DNA from: Nostoc sp. PCC 7120 = FACHB-418
Lineage (GTDB): Bacteria > Cyanobacteriota > Cyanobacteriia > Cyanobacteriales > Nostocaceae
Reading direction: 5' to 3'
Assembly (NCBI RefSeq): GCF_000009705.1
Contig: NC_003272.1
Location: 3,300,001-3,332,000, forward strand
Length of the DNA stretch: 32,000 nucleotides
In this document: positions 27,856 through 32,000 of the stretch, piece after piece
How the letters are laid out: each line of letters opens with the position of its first letter
Numbering within the stretch: position 1 is the stretch's first letter
Program-made: the position numbers and the translations under genes
The notes under the pieces: generated by a model
The model's input: only the letters and a program-made list of their open reading frames with translations
What the model was told of the DNA's origin: nothing
Database searches by the model: none

Positions 27856-28457
27856 ACTCAGAACTAATTGACCAATTAAACATCCAACTGGGGGCGAATG
27901 GACTACCTTATACCATCCCCATTCATCCAAACTTAGTGCATTTAACCTTGGGCTTGTTCATCATCGGGATTACCTTTGATATCGTTGGCGTACTATTCCC
28001 CTGGGACAAATGGGTTTTCAAATTTTTGGCGATTACTGTAGAACGGGAAAACTTCTTTGATGTCGGCTGGTACAACATGGTTGGTTCCACTGTCATCACA
28101 TTTTTCACCGTAGCTGCTGGCTTTTATGAAATGTTTCTCGCCGCACCATCAGCTGATATCAAAAGTACCTGGGGATTACAAGCCATGCAAACAATGCTTT
28201 GGCATGGCGTAGGTGGAGTATTTCTCTTAGGCTTAATTGCTGTCATGACCCTATGGCGGGCATGGCAACGCTATGTCTGGTCTGTGGGAGAAGTTACACA
28301 AGTGCAGTGGAGTTATTTAGCCGCAGGTGTAGCCATCATGTTTATCATGTATCTCCACGGCACACTAGGAGCGCAATTAGCTGCTGAATTTGGCGTACAC
28401 AACACAGCAGATAGCTTGTTGCGATTAGGCGAAGACCTCAACACAGTCCTCAAGTAA
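27852..28457 (+). CDS. Polytopic membrane protein, DUF2231-like (second paralogue)
   Basis: 201 aa. Has the same HPxxVH motif (IHPNLVHL) in TM1 and further TM histidines (LWHGVGG, MYLHGTLG). Translationally coupled to the preceding gene. Confidence 0.7.
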   Translation: MNSELIDQLNIQLGANGLPYTIPIHPNLVHLTLGLFIIGITFDIVGVLFPWDKWVFKFLAITVERENFFDVGWYNMVGSTVITFFTVAAGFYEMFLAAPSADIKSTWGLQAMQTMLWHGVGGVFLLGLIAVMTLWRAWQRYVWSVGEVTQVQWSYLAAGVAIMFIMYLHGTLGAQLAAEFGVHNTADSLLRLGEDLNTVLK

Positions 28458-28481
28458 TTCTAGAGTCTTTGACCACTAACC

Positions 28482-29396
28482 ATGACAATCAGTAAATTTT
28501 TCAACATTGTGACATTGGTAATAGGCGCGATCGCTGTGACTATTACCAGTTTCTGGATTGGTAAACTGGCTTACACCTGGCTACCTCCCCAAGCGGCGGC
28601 TGAATCAATCTTAATTGATGATTTATTTAGCTTCTTGGTAACTATGGGTGCATTCATCTTCCTTGGTGTTACCTCCACTCTGTTCTATTCTTTACTATTC
28701 CATCGGGCGGCTGAAAACGACCTCAGCGATGGCCCCCACATTGAAGGTAATGTCACCTTAGAAGTGGTTTGGACAGCTATTCCTATCCTCTTAGTAGTTT
28801 GGATTGCCACCTATAGCTACCAAATTTACGAACAAATGGGCATCCAAGGGCCGACAGCATTAGTACACCTGCATAACCCAATGGAGATGGAATCCGCCTA
28901 TGCAGCCACAGAGGATGGTTTAGTTGAACCAGAAGAAAAAATTGATGTAATTGCTAAACAATGGGCGTGGGTATTCCACTATCCCGAAAAGAATGTTACC
29001 AGCACCGAGTTACATTTACCAAGCGATCGCCGGGTAAAATTGGCGCTGCATTCTGAAGATGTACTCCACGGCTTCTATATTCCCGCCTTCCGCCTCAAGC
29101 AAGACATCATCCCCAACCACAACATCGACTTTGAATTTACCCCCATCCGTGAAGGTAAATATCATCTAACCGACTCTCAATATAGTGGTACATACTTCGC
29201 CACTATGCAAGCCAATGTAGTGGTGGAATCTCCTGAAGAGTATCACAAATGGTTAGCCAAAATAGCCACCCACAAACCTGGCACTGCCTACAATCAAGCA
29301 TCTGCTGAATATGCACAAAGCATCACTCAGCAAGTCAAAACTGGTTGGAAAACCGTAGCACCAGCCGCCGCACCTTTGGTTAATTACCCTGGTTAA
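28482..29396 (+). CDS. coxB: Heme-copper oxidase subunit II lacking CuA ligands (ARTO / CtaCII-type)
   Basis: Two N-terminal TM helices and a cupredoxin domain (DVLHGFYIPAFRLKQDIIP). The CuA loop CxExCGxxHxxM reads DSQYSGTYFATM, so both Cys and the His are replaced. Confidence 0.85.
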   Translation: MTISKFFNIVTLVIGAIAVTITSFWIGKLAYTWLPPQAAAESILIDDLFSFLVTMGAFIFLGVTSTLFYSLLFHRAAENDLSDGPHIEGNVTLEVVWTAIPILLVVWIATYSYQIYEQMGIQGPTALVHLHNPMEMESAYAATEDGLVEPEEKIDVIAKQWAWVFHYPEKNVTSTELHLPSDRRVKLALHSEDVLHGFYIPAFRLKQDIIPNHNIDFEFTPIREGKYHLTDSQYSGTYFATMQANVVVESPEEYHKWLAKIATHKPGTAYNQASAEYAQSITQQVKTGWKTVAPAAAPLVNYPG

Positions 29397-29429
29397 AAGC
29401 TCAACCCCTACACCACTACTATTTCACCA

Positions 29430-31097
29430 ATGACCAACATCCCCATAGAAGGCGTTCAACTCCCTGAGGGGAAGCCTCACCACCCATCTCCCGGAGGCTG
29501 GAAGGAATATTTCAGCTTTAGCCATGACCACAAGGTTATTGGTATCCAATACCTTGTAACCTCCTTTATCTTCTTTCTCGTTGGCGGTATCTTCGCCATG
29601 ATACTGCGGGGAGAACTCATCACCCCCGAATCAGACCTCATCGACCGCACCGTTTATAACGGAATGTTCACCATGCACGGCACGGTGATGCTGTTCTTGT
29701 GGACATTCCCCTCACTCGTTGGACTAGCTAACTACCTAGTACCCTTGATGATTGGGGCGCGGGATATGGCCTTCCCTCGCCTCAACGCCGCCGCCTTCTG
29801 GATGGTTCCCGTAGTCGGGATTCTCTTGATGACTAGCTTCTTTGTCCCTGGTGGCCCAGCCCAATCCGGTTGGTGGGCTTATCCTCCGGTAAGTACCCAG
29901 AATCCCACAGGTAACTTAATTAATGGTCAAGTAATTTGGCTATTAGCAGTTGCTATTTCCGGTGTCTCCTCAATTATGGGGGCTGTGAACTTTGTAACCA
30001 CTATCGTCAAGATGCGTGCGCCAGGGATGGGCTTCTTTCGGATGCCCTTATTTGTCTGGGCAGTATTTAGCGCTCAAATTATCCAATTGTTTGGCTTACC
30101 AGCCCTGACAGCAGGCGCAGTCATGCTGTTGTTGGACATTACCGTGGGGACTAGCTTTTTTGACCCTAGCAAGGGCGGAAATCCAGTCATGTTCCAACAT
30201 TATTTCTGGTTCTATTCCCACCCGGCTGTTTACGTGATTATTCTGCCCATCTTCGGTATCTTCTCAGAAATCTTTCCCGTCTACTCTCGTAAACCATTGT
30301 TTGGTTACAAGGTAGTGGCAATTTCTTCCATGTTAATTGCCGTAGTTAGCGCCATTGTTTGGGTACACCACTTATACGTCAGTGGTACACCTGCTTGGAT
30401 GCGGATGTTTTTCATGCTGACGACGATGTTAGTATCCGTTCCCACAGGTATTAAGGTATTTGCTTGGGTTGCAACTATCTGGGGCGGAAAAATTCGACTC
30501 AACACCCCCATGCTGTTCGCTTTGGGTGGACTAATTTTATTCGTCTTCGCCGGTATTGTCGGCATCATGCTTTCTTCTGTACCTGTTGATGTCCACGTCA
30601 ACAATACCTACTTTGTCGTCGGACACTTCCACTACGTCCTGTTCGGAACCGTGACGATGGGTATGTATGCTGCTATCTATCACTGGTTCCCCAAAATGAC
30701 CGGCAGAATGTACTACGAAGGCTGGGGTAAACTACACTTCTGGTTGACATTCATCGGTACTAACCTCAACTTCTTCCCCATGCACCCCTTAGGTTTACAA
30801 GGGATGTTACGGCGAGTTTCTTCCTACGCACCAGAATATGAAGGCTGGAATATCGTTGCTAGTCTTGGTGCATTCTTGTTAGGTATGTCTACTTTGCCCT
30901 TCATCTTCAATATGGTGGTTTCTTGGATGCACGGTGAGAAAGCACCAGATAATCCTTGGCGCGCTATTGGTTTGGAGTGGTTGGTAGCTTCTCCTCCACC
31001 TGTAGAAAACTTTGAAGAAATCCCCGTTGTGATTTCTGAACCCTACGGTTATGGCAAATCAGAACCATTGACGGCGGAAAGGGGTATGGGGGTATAG
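29430..31097 (+). CDS. coxA: Heme-copper oxidase subunit I, A2-type
   Basis: Heme and CuB ligands are present (MHGTVMLF, YSHPAVY, VHHLYVSG, VGHFHYVLFG). Helix VI reads YSHPAV rather than GHPEV. The last codons and the stop lie in an octamer repeat array. Confidence 0.95.
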   Translation: MTNIPIEGVQLPEGKPHHPSPGGWKEYFSFSHDHKVIGIQYLVTSFIFFLVGGIFAMILRGELITPESDLIDRTVYNGMFTMHGTVMLFLWTFPSLVGLANYLVPLMIGARDMAFPRLNAAAFWMVPVVGILLMTSFFVPGGPAQSGWWAYPPVSTQNPTGNLINGQVIWLLAVAISGVSSIMGAVNFVTTIVKMRAPGMGFFRMPLFVWAVFSAQIIQLFGLPALTAGAVMLLLDITVGTSFFDPSKGGNPVMFQHYFWFYSHPAVYVIILPIFGIFSEIFPVYSRKPLFGYKVVAISSMLIAVVSAIVWVHHLYVSGTPAWMRMFFMLTTMLVSVPTGIKVFAWVATIWGGKIRLNTPMLFALGGLILFVFAGIVGIMLSSVPVDVHVNNTYFVVGHFHYVLFGTVTMGMYAAIYHWFPKMTGRMYYEGWGKLHFWLTFIGTNLNFFPMHPLGLQGMLRRVSSYAPEYEGWNIVASLGAFLLGMSTLPFIFNMVVSWMHGEKAPDNPWRAIGLEWLVASPPPVENFEEIPVVISEPYGYGKSEPLTAERGMGV

Positions 31098-31124
31098 GGG
31101 TATAGGGGTATAGGGGTATAGGGG
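31081..31124. repeat. Tandem octamer array (A/G)GGGGTAT x5 spanning the coxA stop codon
   Basis: The sequence reads GGGGTAT GGGGGTAT AGGGGTAT AGGGGTAT AGGGGTAT AGGGG. The period is 8, not 7. Confidence 0.9.
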
Positions 31125-31166
31125 AAAGACTAAAAGTAAATTCTTCCCTCACCCCCCCCTACACCC

Positions 31167-31520
31167 CTATTTCTCTAATGAGCGAATCAGAAATAATAAG
31201 AGCTTACTGACTGATTCGCATTGATGGAAAACAGGATTAATAATGTCCGATGGAGCTAGTTCAACACGAAGCGACAATAATAAATGTGTTTCTAGCTCTT
31301 TTAAAGAACCTTGGGCAATGTACAAAAATTGCACATACTCCCCTCGCGTTCTTCGTCCGTAGCCTTCCGCAATATTAGCTGGAATTGATGCAGCAGAGCG
31401 CCGAATTTGTGAAATCATTCCGTAGGTTTCTTCTTTGGGAAATGCTTTTGTTGCTTTGTAGCAAGATTATGCAAGATTCATTCCCTCTTGCCAAACCTTC
31501 AAATCTCGATATGACTGCAT
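31167..31520 (-). pseudogene. Four-helix-bundle protein gene (23S rRNA intervening-sequence protein / Avd family) interrupted by an in-frame TAA
   Basis: My minus-strand translation from the ATG at 31520 is MQSYRDLKVWQEGMNLA*SCYKATKAFPKEETYGMISQIRRSAASIPANIAEGYGR... The stop sits at codon 18 (31469-31467). Frame and spacing otherwise match the family. The track ORF (31167-31418) is only the part downstream of an internal Met. Confidence 0.65.
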
Positions 31521-31598
31521 CAAAGGCTCTTTCATTCAATGAATTTTGATTTGTTATATCTCAGATTCAATGAAATTGCCTAGCTTTTCTCAAGTCTT

Positions 31599-31633
31599 TA
31601 CACCCTTACACCCATATAACCCTACACCCCTAT
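31599..31633. repeat. C-rich octamer-like repeats (TACACCCT TACACCCA TATAACCC TACACCCC TAT) abutting the coxC start
   Basis: Read directly. Orientation is opposite to the G-rich array at 31081-31124. The last 14 nt repeat 31157-31170 exactly. Confidence 0.7.
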
Positions 31634-32000
31634 GGATAGTTCTTTATCTCATAATGAAGGTCATGAAATCAGCCATGAACATGGACATGATGAAGAAGGC
31701 AATAAAATGTTCGGCTTTATTGTCTTTTTACTATCTGAAAGCGTCATTTTCTTGAGCTTTTTCGCCGGATATATTGTCTACAAAACAACTACTCCTAACT
31801 GGCTACCAGTTGGTGTGGAGGGGTTAGAAGTTAGAGACCCAGCCATCAATACAGTAGTATTGGTTGCTAGTAGCTTTGTGATTTATTTTGCAGAACTCGC
31901 CCTAAAACGCCAAAATTTGCGGTTATTCCGCATCTTTTTGTCAGCAACAATGGCAATGGGTAGCTACTTTTTGGTAGGACAAGCCATTGAATGGAGTCAT
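31632..32000 (+). CDS. coxC: Heme-copper oxidase subunit III, 5' part (runs off the window edge)
   Basis: Not in the track because it is open-ended. My translation is MDSSLSHNEGHEISHEHGHDEEGNKMFGFIVFLLSESVIFLSFFAGYIVYKTT...LVGQAIEWSH, with 123 codons and no stop. The FG(F/L)IVFL(L/I)SES motif is typical of subunit III. Confidence 0.85.
   Translation, partial: MDSSLSHNEGHEISHEHGHDEEGNKMFGFIVFLLSESVIFLSFFAGYIVYKTTTPNWLPVGVEGLEVRDPAINTVVLVASSFVIYFAELALKRQNLRLFRIFLSATMAMGSYFLVGQAIEWSH

Noticed and set aside
30964-31152. Track ORF 30964-31152 (-), a Pro/Tyr-rich peptide
   Set aside because: The periodic PIPLYPYTPIPPYP sequence is just the octamer array read antisense, and the ORF overlaps the coxA 3' end.
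31167-31520. The Avd-like gene as part of a diversity-generating retroelement
   Set aside because: There is no reverse transcriptase gene and no template/variable repeat pair anywhere in the window, and the gene itself carries a premature stop.
31546-31755. Track ORF 31546-31755 (+), 69 aa
   Set aside because: It is out of frame with the clear subunit III reading frame that starts at 31632 and stays open to the window end. Its sequence is low-complexity.

Overview
This window looks like a chromosomal segment of a filamentous, heterocyst-forming cyanobacterium (Nostoc/Anabaena type). By eye, the HIP1 octamer GCGATCGC occurs at least 19 times, always inside CDSs. Tandem STRR-type heptamer arrays sit at many gene boundaries, and intergenic regions are long and AT-rich. 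Gene order: a partial membrane permease; zipN/ftn2 (ARC6-like division protein); pdhA; an aldose-1-epimerase-like gene; tRNA-Lys(UUU); an ergothioneine cluster egtC-egtB-egtD; hicA-hicB with an upstream unknown gene; a thioredoxin-fold protein with SxxC; murT-gatD (lipid II isoglutamine synthase pair); a tnpA-less IS200/IS605-type tnpB; a methyltransferase plus GT4 glycosyltransferase pair; a lipoprotein ABC solute-binding protein; an LD-carboxypeptidase; an ARD-type cupin; CPD photolyase; an orphan CheY-like receiver; uvrC; a small zinc-ribbon protein; and an alternative terminal oxidase operon (two DUF2231-like membrane genes, coxB without CuA ligands, an A2-type coxA, and partial coxC). I found no clearly novel multi-gene system. 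The items most worth a second look are: a 90-bp in-frame palindromic mini-element inside an otherwise intact tnpB; the tnpB 3' end overlapping a convergent glycosyltransferase; a nonsense-interrupted Avd-like four-helix-bundle gene between coxA and coxC, flanked by repeats; a heptamer array translated within the egtB interdomain linker; the His-rich DUF2231 pair coupled to the CuA-less oxidase; and competing hairpins in the oxidase leader. All family assignments come from reading motifs by eye, not from database searches.
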